NCBI GenBank assembly: GCA_963798135.1
Contig: CAWCSI010000007.1
Location: 27,290-91,289 of the forward strand
Source of the DNA: Candidatus Bathyarchaeota archaeon
GTDB taxonomy: Archaea > Thermoproteota > Bathyarchaeia > Bathyarchaeales > Bathycorpusculaceae
Length of the DNA stretch: 64,000 nucleotides
Direction: 5' to 3'
Shown here: positions 1-10,947 of the stretch, piece after piece
Layout of the letters: the number at the start of each line of letters is the position of its first letter
Position numbering within the stretch: the stretch's first letter is position 1
Made by a program: the position numbers and the translations under genes
Notes under the pieces: model-generated
Seen by the model: only the letters and a program-made list of their open reading frames with translations
What the model was told of the DNA's origin: nothing
Databases searched by the model: none

Positions 1-5
1 TAGAA

Positions 6-770
6 ATGATTCAAAACTATATTGCTGGGAGACCTTTAGTTCAAAACAACAGCATTATTAATAATGCGATAGGGATAAATTTCTATAACTCTATTGGCAC
101 TCCTAACATTTTGCAGAATAACATTTACAACAATAGCAACTACAATGTTCTGGTATCAGGCAACCAACCGTACAGTACAAATGAGAATGCCAGCTACAAC
201 TATTGGGGAACAACCGATAGTGTAGCAATAGGCAATTCTATTTATGATTACAACAAAGATTTCTCATTAGGGTTAGTGACATTTAACCCGTTCTTATCTT
301 CGCCAAGCACAGGAGCACCAACCGCCATTATTGCGTCAGCAGGCAATGGCGGGTCTATTACTCCAAGTGGAATTATCAGCACTAATTATGGTGGCAGTCA
401 ATCTTTCACTATAACAGCAAATAACGGTTACCATATCTCTGGTGTCATAGTAAATGGGACTTCTGTTGGTGCTGTTAGCCTTTACACCGTTCAAAACATT
501 AATGGAGTAACAACAGTATCAGCGACCTTTGCATCTAACCCAACTCCAACGCCTACTCCAACCGAAAGCCCAACACAGACCCCTTCTACTAATCCAACGC
601 AACAACCTACAAGTACAACAACCACCCCAACCCCAACAGCGAAAGATCCATCATCACCATCACCAACACCTGCCGTTCCAGAGTTTCCTTCGTTACCAGT
701 AATTCTAACACTACTCGTCGCTGTCTCTCTAAGTATCATGATAACTGTAAGAAAACGAAACTCGAAATAA
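6..770 (+). CDS. Cell-surface protein, probably 5'-partial: beta-helix/NosD-like repeats, InlB-like repeat, PT-rich linker, PEF-CTERM sorting signal
   Basis: Asn-rich repeats, NYWGTT motif, TPTP linker, VPEF + TM helix + basic tail. Confidence 0.8.
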   Translation: MIQNYIAGRPLVQNNSIINNAIGINFYNSIGTPNILQNNIYNNSNYNVLVSGNQPYSTNENASYNYWGTTDSVAIGNSIYDYNKDFSLGLVTFNPFLSSPSTGAPTAIIASAGNGGSITPSGIISTNYGGSQSFTITANNGYHISGVIVNGTSVGAVSLYTVQNINGVTTVSATFASNPTPTPTPTESPTQTPSTNPTQQPTSTTTTPTPTAKDPSSPSPTPAVPEFPSLPVILTLLVAVSLSIMITVRKRNSK

Positions 771-1025
771 GCATCAAGAGCACACCCCTGTTTCCTGAAA
801 ATTTAATCTGGAAACAGCTTTCGGCAACTTTTTCTATTTCAGATTGTATATTTCGCGGCGATTAACTCAGAGTTTTCTTGTTCTTCAAAATGGGATTCAA
901 GAACCTGCTTAGTAAACTGAAAAGTACAATTTTATTGATAACTTATCCATTAATTAATTCAGTTTAAGTGACTCAGATTGCTATTTTGCTGAAGACAAAT
1001 CTTAAAACTCCAAATTAATGATATT

Positions 1026-1523
1026 ATGTGTCACGGGTTTGGTATGGAAGATGAAGTAATAATTATTGAAGTTGAACCCAGGAAGTTTGATATTGTTGAT
1101 GAACCGGGTAAGTATAGTTTTAAGTTAAATTTTTTTAGGGAAGTCTATACTGTCAATCAACCAATTACTTGTAAACCACAGTTTTTAGCAATTAGAGCGC
1201 CGAAAGGCGACCACATTGAGTACATATTCAAGATTGACCCTGTAAGGTCCAATTTTAAGAATGGACAGATATCGCCTCAAGGTGAACCGATTAGAGCAAT
1301 GATACCTCTCAGACTACACAACAGGTCATCAACACAAAAAGTAGTTTGGTATACTTCTTTTCGAACTTTAGTGACGCATAATTCAACCAGTGAGTTTAGT
1401 GAAGAGGTTAAACAAGATGAAAAGGTCCTTTGCAACGGATATTCTTGCATTCATCATGAATACTGTAAATTCTTTAACAAATCACAAAACCTAATCACAA
1501 AAAGTTCAGAGGCAAAAGATTGA
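1026..1523 (+). CDS. Hypothetical protein with C-terminal Cys/His cluster
   Basis: 165-aa ORF ending in CNGYSCIHHEYC; no family recognised. Confidence 0.5.
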   Translation: MCHGFGMEDEVIIIEVEPRKFDIVDEPGKYSFKLNFFREVYTVNQPITCKPQFLAIRAPKGDHIEYIFKIDPVRSNFKNGQISPQGEPIRAMIPLRLHNRSSTQKVVWYTSFRTLVTHNSTSEFSEEVKQDEKVLCNGYSCIHHEYCKFFNKSQNLITKSSEAKD

Positions 1524-1655
1524 AAATACTTCCAAAGATTTCATTGTTCTCTTTTCTGACTAAAATAATCCAGCCAACAGCACACATGAGAAAAGTCTTT
1601 TAATTAATGTCTCAAGTTTACTAAATGAGACATACCCAAGCGGGAGTGGCGACTG

Positions 1656-2434
1656 ATGATATCTGACAAAAAGATACCAACAGTTTTAGCTTTATCGGGT
1701 TCTCTGAGAAGCCCTTCTTTTACCGAGAAAATATTAGACACTTTGCTTAAAGGAATGGGTGAGGTGGAAGTTCACAAGTTTTATCCGCATAAAATGAAGA
1801 TTGGACCCTGCACAAGCTGTTGGGGCTGCTGGCAAGGAAAAAACAAAGGTGAATGTGTCCAGAAAGACGATTTTCAATCAATATACGATGTTTACAAAAA
1901 GTGTGATTACTTTATTATCGCTGCACCAGTGTACGTTTTTGGTTTTCCCGCTACTGTAAAAAACGTGATAGATAGGTTCTTTGTAAACTTGGAACTCTTC
2001 CCAGATTTTAATGGATAATGGGTTAACTAATCACCCTCAGCGGTATGCACCTAAGGCAAAAGGTGTCTTGGTTTCGACTTGTGGTTTTCCAGATATGGAG
2101 AATTTTGCCTTAATGAGTGAACATTTTAAGAAGATTATGATGCACATGGGATTAACTTGGGCAGGCGAAATTCTAATTCCCTCCGCTGGGGCAGCAAACG
2201 TTCCACATTTGCTCGATAACAATATTGAGGCAGTTAGAACAAGCTGGTGCTGAGCTGGTTAATGGAACAATATCTCCTGAAACAATGCGAACTATTAGTG
2301 ATGTCCCAATATCTAAAAACGACTATAGGGAAATGACCAATGCCAGCTTTAAAGGAGGACTAACTGGAAAAGCCAAAACTGTTGCCATTGGCATCAAAGC
2401 AATGAGAAACAAAGGTAAGAAAAAACAGGATTAA
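1656..2434 (+). CDS. Flavodoxin-like / iron-sulfur flavoprotein (NADPH-dependent FMN reductase family), split by two frameshifts
   Basis: GSLR..SFT, CTSCWGC...C, AAPVY, KNVIDR; continues in ORFs 2011-2253 and 2225-2434. Confidence 0.8.
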
Positions 2435-2600
2435 CTTGATCGATTTTAGATGAAATGCAAGAACACAAAGTCCTTTCTACAAAAAATAAGCCAAAAGCTC
2501 TTCCATTTAGCATCAGCCTAGCCTTTGTGGGAAAACGTGCGAAACTACATGTGACGTGCACTCTTTTGATGGGGAAGATAACAAACAGGATTATGGGCCT

Positions 2601-2924
2601 TTAAATAAACCATATAGTTTTGAGGTTTGGGATTCCTTTAAAATGGGCGTCGTCTGAAATGAGTGTGCACCCGTGCATTTGAGATGTAGCTGCAATTATG
2701 CTGTCAGCCATGGGCATATTGCGAGAACTTCTGAGTTCAGCACTGCGCACTGCAATAGCGTAGTCAACACCCACAACCGTGAATTCAGCAACTATAGTGT
2801 GAGTCCGCAGAGAAGCAACTTCTTTTCCGCTATGTTTCATACTAATGTGATGGAGTTCATGTATTGTCAAGACAGAAACCAGTTTCTTCTTAGTTGATTT
2901 TGCATCTTGTTTTAGCTTTTTCAC
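2601..2924 (-). pseudogene. vapC: PIN-domain (VapC-like) toxin, 5'-truncated
   Basis: SVLTIHEL, MADSIIAAT, ISDDAHF; the N-terminal catalytic Asp strand is missing. Confidence 0.7.
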
Positions 2925-2931
2925 AAGCAGC

Positions 2932-2974
2932 AGAAGAAGAAGAAGTGCCCTTCCTTTCAGCTTCTTCTTCTTTC
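2932..2974. repeat. AG-rich/CT-rich palindromic element (REP-like hairpin)
   Basis: AGAAGAAGAAG-15nt-CTTCTTCTTCT inverted repeat. Confidence 0.55.
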
Positions 2975-3029
2975 AGTCAAAAAACCTTTTACTGAAGCTT
3001 TTTATCGCAAACCCTTCACTTGGTTAAGC

Positions 3030-4484
3030 ATGAGACCTCTAAGCAAAAGCTTACCAATACTGCTTTTTCTAATCTTAGCAACCTCAAGTTTATCGACACT
3101 TGTCTCTTTGCCTCTTGGACTAGCTCAAAGTGGCACAAATGTAAGTGGTTTAATTAGCCAAGATACAACTTGGACCCAAGCAGGAAGCCCATACATATTC
3201 ACAGGCAACATGGCTGTAAACCAAGGCGTGACCTTAACGATACAAGCAGGAACAACCGCAAATCTAAGTAATTATTACCTTAGAGTAAACGGCACATTGA
3301 GTGCAGTAGGAAGCGCAAACTCAAAAATCACTTTAAACGGTGGGCAAATTACGTTTACAACCATTAGCAACGGCTGGAATGAACAAAGCGAAACTGGCTG
3401 CATAATCGAAAACTCAATTATCAATCAAGTTTCAATCTCATGTATCAACACCATAAAAATTGATAATTGTATAATAAACAGCCAAAACGGCCAAATCACA
3501 CTCACTTCATCAATAATTTCAAATAACGTTGTAACTGGCAACATTAACAGCCAGTCCTCAATGCCATCGCTTGGTCAGAGTAATGCTCCTTTAGATACAT
3601 CGGTAATTTCTGGAAATACCGTCAAAGGTAATATCGTTCTTGGGTCGGTCTCTTTAGGTGCCGTAACAGCGCCTTCAGAAGCATGTACAGTTTCCAACAA
3701 TACCGTTTACGGTTCAATCATATCGGGCAGTCCCCAAGGTACGCCTCAAATATTCAATAACACGGTTAGTCAGGGGGGAATTGCGTGTGATGGTTATGGT
3801 TCAATTTTTAACAACATTATTTATGGGTGTCAAACTGGAATCAGCCTGTACACCATGAGAGTTTTCGGTGGAAATCTCCCATGCTATGCGACAGTTGAAA
3901 ACAACATTGTCACGGGAAACTCATATGGTATCGGTATTAGCCTTACTGATGTTAATGGAGGGCTAGGTCAACAGTACTGCCCAACAATATTAAACAACAC
4001 AGTTTCAGGGAATTCCGTCGGAATATATTTAAATGGTTTTGGTTATACCGCAACTCCAATAATTAAATATAACAATTTGTTAAGCAGCTCTAACTACTCT
4101 TTTGATTTGCAAGAATCTAATAACGCAGATTTAAGCAATAATTGGTGGGGAACAACCAACCAACAGGCGATTAATCAATCAATTTATGATTTCAAAAACG
4201 ACTTCAATTTGGGTGTCGTAACATTCACACCATTTTTGACAGCGTTTAACCCTGAGGCGCCAAGCGTAATTAACCCGATTGTAACATCAAGCCCAAGCTC
4301 GGCTACTTCAACACCGACCCAAAATTCCAATTCAACACCAACTTCCACTTCGACTTTATCAGAAACATCTACCTCAACTTCAACTCCAACCGTTCCAGAG
4401 TTTCCAACATTGATAATTCCATTCTTGATAGTCGTATTAGTGACTGCAGGTTCGTTGGTTTACTTCAAGAAACACAAACGCTAA
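3030..4484 (+). CDS. Secreted right-handed beta-helix surface protein with PEF-CTERM
   Basis: Signal peptide, DTTWT.AGSPY, NN repeats, NNWWGTT, ST-rich linker, VPEF-TM-KKHKR. Confidence 0.85.
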   Translation: MRPLSKSLPILLFLILATSSLSTLVSLPLGLAQSGTNVSGLISQDTTWTQAGSPYIFTGNMAVNQGVTLTIQAGTTANLSNYYLRVNGTLSAVGSANSKITLNGGQITFTTISNGWNEQSETGCIIENSIINQVSISCINTIKIDNCIINSQNGQITLTSSIISNNVVTGNINSQSSMPSLGQSNAPLDTSVISGNTVKGNIVLGSVSLGAVTAPSEACTVSNNTVYGSIISGSPQGTPQIFNNTVSQGGIACDGYGSIFNNIIYGCQTGISLYTMRVFGGNLPCYATVENNIVTGNSYGIGISLTDVNGGLGQQYCPTILNNTVSGNSVGIYLNGFGYTATPIIKYNNLLSSSNYSFDLQESNNADLSNNWWGTTNQQAINQSIYDFKNDFNLGVVTFTPFLTAFNPEAPSVINPIVTSSPSSATSTPTQNSNSTPTSTSTLSETSTSTSTPTVPEFPTLIIPFLIVVLVTAGSLVYFKKHKR

Positions 4485-4654
4485 AAATAATTGGCTTGTA
4501 AAATATTGCAAACTTATAAAATTGTGGCCTCTAAAAAAAATTCCGCGTATTCTGCGAAGACCAAGATCAATTAAAAAATAGTTAAGTTGTGTGTTTCCTT
4601 ATGTTTCTCGCTTCTTCATAGAAGCGCAGAACTTTTGTTCAGTTATAACTAAAT

Positions 4655-5036
4655 TCATTCTTTGGAAAAAACTAGCTCATTAAGAATTTTTTTGAATTGT
4701 TCTTGCAAATGAGGTAAATCAGTTATTGCCGTGTTCCATATAGAAGGCCAATCTGCACTAAAGTATTCATGCGTAAGCTCATGTCTCATTCCGCATAGTT
4801 TTTCATAAGGTATATGATAGTAATAGAATAGCTCCTTCACTTTTTTGTTCTTTGAAACTGCCCAGACAGCTTCAGCAATGTCGCGCAAAACATCCTTCAA
4901 TGCATGCATTCTTATTTTTTGTTGAATAAACGACTCATATGTTAATCCTAATGTTATTTCTTTTAGGTCATCGATATACTCTATAATTTCTTTAAACGTA
5001 AAGTTTAGGGTCTCGGTGCTCCAGATTTTTAGTCAT
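4655..5036 (-). CDS. hepT: HEPN/DUF86 ribonuclease toxin (HepT-like), one frameshift near 4997
   Basis: ATG at 5036 reads MTKNLEHRDPKLY, then shifts to FKEIIEYIDDL; Rx4H motif MRHELTHEY; overlaps the MNT stop. Confidence 0.75.
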
Positions 5037-5449
5037 ACGGCGACAGCTTCATTTAACACCTGATCTTTGATGTGCTTATTTAGAAACTCTTTTGAAATTA
5101 CATCTACTTTCATGTGTAACTTTCGCTTAAGATATTGTTTTAAATCATAAATTTTGAAAAGGCTAACAGCTGCTGAATAGGTTACCAAAATATCCAAGTC
5201 ACTCTTCTCCGTTTGTTCTTCTCTGGCAAAAGAACCAAAAATATCAATAGTTTCAACGTTGAACCGTTTCTTCAATGTAGGCTTCAGCGATTGCAGTTGC
5301 AATTTGACTTCTTCTAGTGACTTTACGTCAAAACTTTTTTGAACCAATCTTTTCTTCGCCTTTTCAGTTGAATTATGTTCTATTTTTGCTAATAAGGATT
5401 TTCCGCTTAGCAATGATTTCAAATTCCCATTGAACTTTTGTCGCCTCAA
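5033..5449 (-). CDS. mntA: Minimal nucleotidyltransferase antitoxin (MNT); true start probably near 5329
   Basis: FGSFAREEQTEKSDLDILV (GSx10DxD) and KVDVI. Confidence 0.85.
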   Translation of the reverse strand: MRRQKFNGNLKSLLSGKSLLAKIEHNSTEKAKKRLVQKSFDVKSLEEVKLQLQSLKPTLKKRFNVETIDIFGSFAREEQTEKSDLDILVTYSAAVSLFKIYDLKQYLKRKLHMKVDVISKEFLNKHIKDQVLNEAVAV

Positions 5450-5850
5450 TTAGGTAGCAAGCAACTCTTGTTTCGTTTTTAATGATTTTGAGAACCATGA
5501 GAATAGTCAGTAAACTGTTAACAAATAACCTTTTATCGATCTTATTTCTCAGCAATTTATGGAAGAGATGGCTGGAGAACAAACGTTTGGCTGTAGTACT
5601 TGCTTTTGCTCTCTTCCTATCGTTGGCTACGGTAAACATTTCTGCTAGGCATAAACAACTACTGCCGTAGCCTTGTCAAACCCTAATTTGAAAAGCGTTT
5701 CTTGAAGAAACTATACCAATTTAGAACAAAGCCATACTTACGGTAATTTGGAAATCCAGAGCTATGCAAATAGTTAATCTGATTTTAGCAGCAGTTCCAA
5801 ACCGGCAGTATTAAGAAAAAAAAGTTTCATAGTGGGGTTTGAAATCACCC

Positions 5851-7666
5851 TTAGGCTGGCAGTTCGATAATGAACTTTGTTCCTTTGCCTAACTCACTTT
5901 CTACGCTGATAGAACCTTTGAGTGCTTCAATTAAACGCTTTGAAACTGCTAGGCCAAATCCTTGACCTTTGGCTTTTGTTGTCATCATGGGCGTAAACAG
6001 TTTGGGCTTTATTTCTATCGGTATACCAACGCCTGTATCAGCGACAGAAATGATTATCCTGCCATCTTTTCTTTGCCCCTTTATTTCTAAATTACCACCG
6101 TTTGGCATGGCTTGGATTGCATTGGTTACAAGATTGGTAAGGGCTCTTTGAAGTAGCAGTGGGTCTGTGCTAACCTTTTCTAAGTCGTGAATATTGATCG
6201 AAAGTCTAACTGCGTCTGGGAGGCTGACTGTCTTAAAAATACTTGCAAACACATTAGACAAATTCATCTCTGAATACTCAGGAGTTATTGCTCTAGAGTA
6301 GTCTTGTAAGTCCTGCACAATCTTGTTTATGTAAGCAATATTTTTCTCAATGCTTTCAATGCTTTCAGTTACTCCTTCTTTTGTTTTGGAATCAGGTATG
6401 GCACCTAACTCATCTTTGAGCAGGTAGGTTTCGCTCAAAATGGCTTGTAGTGGATTGCGAATATCATGACCAACCATGCCTGCTGTAGTGCCTATGACTG
6501 ATAATCTCTTTGTTTCTTCTTGCTCAGTTTTGTCTTCAACGATGATTGTAATGCCTAAGTCTGATGGATAGGTTGAAATCTCAAAAACTGATGCCTTTTT
6601 GGTCTGTCTGCTGACTACGTTCATCATGAAACGGGCAGGCTTTTTTTCTTTCAGTGATTCAAAGTAAGGCGTCACATCTACAGACTAGCATTTCTGGTAA
6701 GACACTATAGACTTTTTTACCTAACGCTTCCTTCGCTGGTATTGTTGTTACTCTTTCAGCTGCTTTATTCCAATTTTTAACATTAAACTCCCAATCTGTA
6801 ACTATGAAAGCTTCATCAAAACTCTCATATAACTCACGATAGCTCTGCTCACTTTTCCTAAGTGTTTCTTCAGTTCTCTTGCGCTCAGTAATGTCTTCAG
6901 TTAAAACAACGATGTTTGTTCCAGATTCATGGTTTATTGGATAAGCAGTTATGCTTAACCATCTCTTTCTGCCAAAACCTTGAGCTTGAGGCTCTGTTGA
7001 TGCGTCAAACTCAAGTTCAGAAGACTTTATTGTTTCTCCATCATATACTCTTTGGACATCGGGAAGCACGCCAATATTGGCAATTTGTTTGCTTTGCAGA
7101 ATGTTGTACTTGCCTATGACGAGGTCACGTGGTATTTGCCATTGTTTGTCCCAAGCATCGTTTACTTGGATGAGAAAACCGTTTTTATCAAAGAGGGCAA
7201 AAGCGATGGGCGATTGTTGTATTATGTTTTCTAGATTTTTTGTGGTTTGTGTCAGTGCATCCTCAGTGTTCTTGCGCTCTGTTATATCCTTGAAAAGTAC
7301 GGCTATTTGGTTTGGCGGTAAAGGTATGAATTGGATATCGAAGTATCCGTTAACTTTGTCGTTGTAATATTCATAACAGAGTATTTGGGAAGTTTTGAGG
7401 GCTTTTACAGCATAGTCGTGCCATCTTTTCTCTGATGCTGCTGCAACTTCTTTTTTGCTTTTTCCCAACAAATTAATGCCTTTGAGTCCTGTTTGTTTCT
7501 CGTAAGAAGGATTAACTGCCAAAAACACAAAATCAACAACGTTGCTTTGGTTGTCATAAATTACTTCAAGCAGTTCAAAACCATCATCAAGGCTATTGAT
7601 AAATTTGAAGAGGTTGTCTGTGTTTTTCAATAAAGAACCGTTACCGGAAAAGTTAGAAGTAGACAA
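5851..7666 (-). CDS. Multi-PAS sensor histidine kinase, split by a frameshift near 6670
   Basis: PAS/PAC (DITERK) repeats; H-box GHDIRNPL, N-box NAIQA, DTGVG, GQGFGL. Confidence 0.88.
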
Positions 7667-7904
7667 GGTTTTGTTCTCATTTAAAGTTGTTTGTTTGTTA
7701 ACTTAACGGTTTGTGATTGTATGATTGAGGTTACATTTGCTACATCGTAAGATGTTTGATATCATACAGTCAATTAAAATCAAACCAAAGCAAAACGAAT
7801 AGATCAATAAACTTCAAATTAATCAATCAAAAATGGATGTGCTGACCATGCCTCCATCGGAGGAGCCTTCCAGCACTATTTCAAAATGAGTTAAAATCAC
7901 AAAA

Positions 7905-8219
7905 ATGAAATTTCTGCACAAATTCTTATTAGACCATCCACCTTTTTCCTTAAGAACCAGGAAAATAAATCTTATGATTGCTCACGCGAAGCTAATTGTC
8001 TTTAAGGTTTGTGGAGAACTCCTTTTCTTATTTGGATTATTGGCTTGGATTTATGGTGTGCTCATTCAACTTATTCATCCAGAATTCCTGCCAATGGGGC
8101 TTTCACATATTGTGCCGTGGATTCGTGTAGACACTTTTACAATCGCATGCTTCTTTGTTTCGGCATTAGGATTCCTCATATGGAGATTAACAAAAGAATT
8201 ATTCGAGCATCATTGCTAG
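7905..8219 (+). CDS. Small two-TM membrane protein (start possibly 7974)
   Basis: Two hydrophobic helices. Confidence 0.6.
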   Translation: MKFLHKFLLDHPPFSLRTRKINLMIAHAKLIVFKVCGELLFLFGLLAWIYGVLIQLIHPEFLPMGLSHIVPWIRVDTFTIACFFVSALGFLIWRLTKELFEHHC

Positions 8220-8234
8220 ATAAAGATGCAGTAA

Positions 8235-8483
8235 TTATTCCACACTTATCTCTTTGCCAAAAAACTTGAGTATTTTAAAAGCAAGAGGCGCAAGATCATA
8301 AACTTGAGAACCAAGATAATCTTGTTTATCAAGGACTTTTTGACTTAACAAGAACTCTACATGTTCCCCCAAAGATTTGTTGTCTATTAACGTTATTTTT
8401 GAAATTTGGGTTAATTCCATTGGCCCTTTCTTTTGTAGCATTTCAATTATCGCTATGTATGCTTGCAGCTTAGAGGTTTTCAT
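8235..8483 (-). CDS. Small winged-helix DNA-binding protein
   Basis: 82 aa, SKLQAYIAIIEML...LTQISKIT...YDLAPLA wHTH-like pattern. Confidence 0.65.
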   Translation of the reverse strand: MKTSKLQAYIAIIEMLQKKGPMELTQISKITLIDNKSLGEHVEFLLSQKVLDKQDYLGSQVYDLAPLAFKILKFFGKEISVE

Positions 8484-8687
8484 GGGGGAGCTGATAACAT
8501 TATAATGTGCTTTATATTAAGCCTTTACTTGCTTGGTTTGCAAGAGATAACCTTTCTGGCATATAAGCTGTAATTAATTTCAATTTTTTGGTTTAATATT
8601 TATTATTACTATTAAAAATTGTATTTTTGACTGGTTAATCTGTTTGAATTCTCGATTTAATTGCTTAGAAATGAGAAATGATAAGGC

Positions 8688-9515
8688 TTATCGAAGAATC
8701 AAAACCCTTGCCAAGAAAACAATAGGCACCCATTCACCATCAACCAACAATTCAGCATGAAATCTAGGAGCGTTTTCCCTAAGAAACGCCCAAATCATAA
8801 CATATCCATAGATAACTCCGAAAAGAATTGCCGGAATAAAACTCAAGAAAACTCCTTCAACTAAACAATACATTAACCAGATTATCAAAGAACTATTTAC
8901 GATAAAAAGAAGCTTTCGAGTTTTTACTCTACCTAACGCTATGGGAATGGTTTTGACTCCAGAGAAGTGGTCTCCCCTAATATCCACGGCATCAAAAATT
9001 ATAGTATTAACTAGAGTCTGCGCGAAAATGAACAAGAATACAAGAATAATTTTACTATCTGATGTTGACTGCATTGCGGGAAGAAAAGCTCCAGTGATCG
9101 CCCAACTTAGAGCAACTACTATGCTTTTGATTCCAGTAATTTCTTTGAGCCTGGGCACTGATTTTGCAATTTGAAAACTATAGATAAAACCAATAGCTAA
9201 CGGCGCTAAAATAATTAATAGAGTTGACACGCCTGAAAAAATTCCTATTCCTAAACTAACCAGCAAGACGCTTATGGAGAGGATGATATATAATGACCCT
9301 TTTGCCTTGCAATCGGGTCTATTAATTGAATCTTCTTTGAGGTCAGAAACTTTGTTAATGCCGTAAACACCTAAAGTGCTCAGAAAAGCAGCAAGATAGA
9401 TCGGAAAAGAAGATTGATCACCATAAAGATAATTTGCGAAAAAAACGACTAAAGACGCATTAAAAGCCAAAAAGATTGAGTTTGTAGTTAAAAACCTTAA
9501 GGCTTTAGTTATCAA
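8688..9515 (-). CDS. UbiA-family prenyltransferase
   Basis: NKVSDLKEDSINRP and FDAVDIRGD Asp-rich motifs; multi-TM. Confidence 0.85.
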   Translation of the reverse strand: MITKALRFLTTNSIFLAFNASLVVFFANYLYGDQSSFPIYLAAFLSTLGVYGINKVSDLKEDSINRPDCKAKGSLYIILSISVLLVSLGIGIFSGVSTLLIILAPLAIGFIYSFQIAKSVPRLKEITGIKSIVVALSWAITGAFLPAMQSTSDSKIILVFLFIFAQTLVNTIIFDAVDIRGDHFSGVKTIPIALGRVKTRKLLFIVNSSLIIWLMYCLVEGVFLSFIPAILFGVIYGYVMIWAFLRENAPRFHAELLVDGEWVPIVFLARVLILR

Positions 9516-9528
9516 ACTAACTCCCGCA

Positions 9529-10326
9529 TTAAGTTAAGTCCTGCAGGTTAACTTTGCTACTTTGTTTGAGATAATCTTGGAAAATGTCTTCTCCCCATTG
9601 GAGAGCTTTTGGACTCATCGACATTAGGTCTGTGTTGTAGTCATATTCCCCGTTTAAATTGAAAAGCCCCAACGAAAAAATATTATCTGTTACAGTCAAT
9701 GCGACTTTTATGTCTTCAATCAAGTAAACTTTTAGATGTTCCTCGAGTATGAATTTTTGAATAAGTTCTGCTTCATTGGTTGAAGATGCACTTTCAAGAG
9801 TTTTTTTAAGTACTTTGCCAGTACAAATTAGCTCAACAGTTCCCCCTTGATTAAGAAGTTTTTTCATAGCAACTACATAATCGGGGTGAAAGATAGGGGA
9901 AGTTCCTTTCAGTTTTTTAGAATTAAGTAAGAGCTGCAAGAAAGTTTCATGCACTTTTCCTAGTTCGCTACTCTCGGTTTTGACTATTGTTGAGTCTTTG
10001 AGAGCGCCCAATCTGAGCATGAAATTTGAAGGTATTTCACTGACGTTGTGATTTAACCAGAAGTCTTTATATTTTCCTAAAACTTCTGTCGCGCCGTTAA
10101 AATCCTCACAGATTGAAGCTTCAATAAAACCCAGCGAATTTAAACTATAAACACCTGCTTCTTTGGTGGTTAAATCAAGGTTTTCAAACTCTTTTAACAC
10201 GTGGAGGATCGTAGTTTCTGTTGATTCCATTTCAGCCTTAAGTTCTGAAAGTTTTTTGTTGCCCTTCAGAAGGCTGAGCAGGATGTTTTGCTTAAGTTCA
10301 GACCGGATAATTGCTCGGTAGTCCAT
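9529..10326 (-). CDS. wHTH transcriptional regulator with DUF1724 (FilR1-like) C-terminal domain
   Basis: N-terminal ArsR-like HTH; FWLNH, TVTD..SLGLF..G.YD, ALQWGE.F. Confidence 0.8.
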   Translation of the reverse strand: MDYRAIIRSELKQNILLSLLKGNKKLSELKAEMESTETTILHVLKEFENLDLTTKEAGVYSLNSLGFIEASICEDFNGATEVLGKYKDFWLNHNVSEIPSNFMLRLGALKDSTIVKTESSELGKVHETFLQLLLNSKKLKGTSPIFHPDYVVAMKKLLNQGGTVELICTGKVLKKTLESASSTNEAELIQKFILEEHLKVYLIEDIKVALTVTDNIFSLGLFNLNGEYDYNTDLMSMSPKALQWGEDIFQDYLKQSSKVNLQDLT

Positions 10327-10517
10327 TGACAGCCCTTACAAGTACTCGACACTATGAATATTTAAGTCTTGAGACAATCAAAGATTAAATAATATAATTA
10401 AAATTCTAAGCCTAAACCCCTGAAAAGCATTTTCACAATTGACTTATCCAGACAATTTTGGCAATTGCTCGTACTATAATATATACAATAATATGTATCG
10501 AAGAAATTGCCTAAAAA

Positions 10518-10554
10518 AAGCAATTTTGCTTGACTTCGACAAAGACTTATATGT
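10518..10554 (+). promoter_or_regulatory. Palindromic TF site (AAGCAATTTTGCTTGA) 13 bp upstream of a TATA box
   Basis: TTGCTTGA 10526-33, N13, TTATATGT; same geometry at 37619, 39266 and 56403. Confidence 0.6.
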
Positions 10555-10591
10555 TTAGTCCGTAAATAAAAACGGTTACAGGCGAAAAAAG

Positions 10592-10834
10592 TTGGGTAAT
10601 TATATAAAAGACTTTTCAGTATCCAACAAAGATAACTCGATTATCAAATGTGAATGTGGGTTGGAAATTCCAGTGATTGCTGATCCTGGTGAAATGGGCG
10701 CAGCTATCGACGATCATATTGAGGAACATAAAAAAAATTGCAAAAACAATGTTGAATGTGAGTTAGTTGCGAAACGGATCCAAAATACGTTGTTCAGTCA
10801 ACTCTTCACAATAATAGCTCTCAAGTCTTTTTGA
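10592..10834 (+). CDS. Small putative C2H2-like zinc-binding protein
   Basis: CECG...HIEEH. Confidence 0.65.
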   Translation: MGNYIKDFSVSNKDNSIIKCECGLEIPVIADPGEMGAAIDDHIEEHKKNCKNNVECELVAKRIQNTLFSQLFTIIALKSF

Positions 10835-10947
10835 AACAACATCTGGCCTCCTAAACATAGAGGCTTACATTTTGGCAAAATTCGTACGGATTAAGCGTGT
10901 TACCCTATAATTAAGCCAAGGTTTTGGATCAACAGTTACAACAAAAT

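Noticed and set aside
785-818. CTGTTTCC...GGAAACAG inverted repeat resembling a mini-ORB
   Set aside because: It is a single occurrence directly after a stop codon, so a terminator-type hairpin is more likely.
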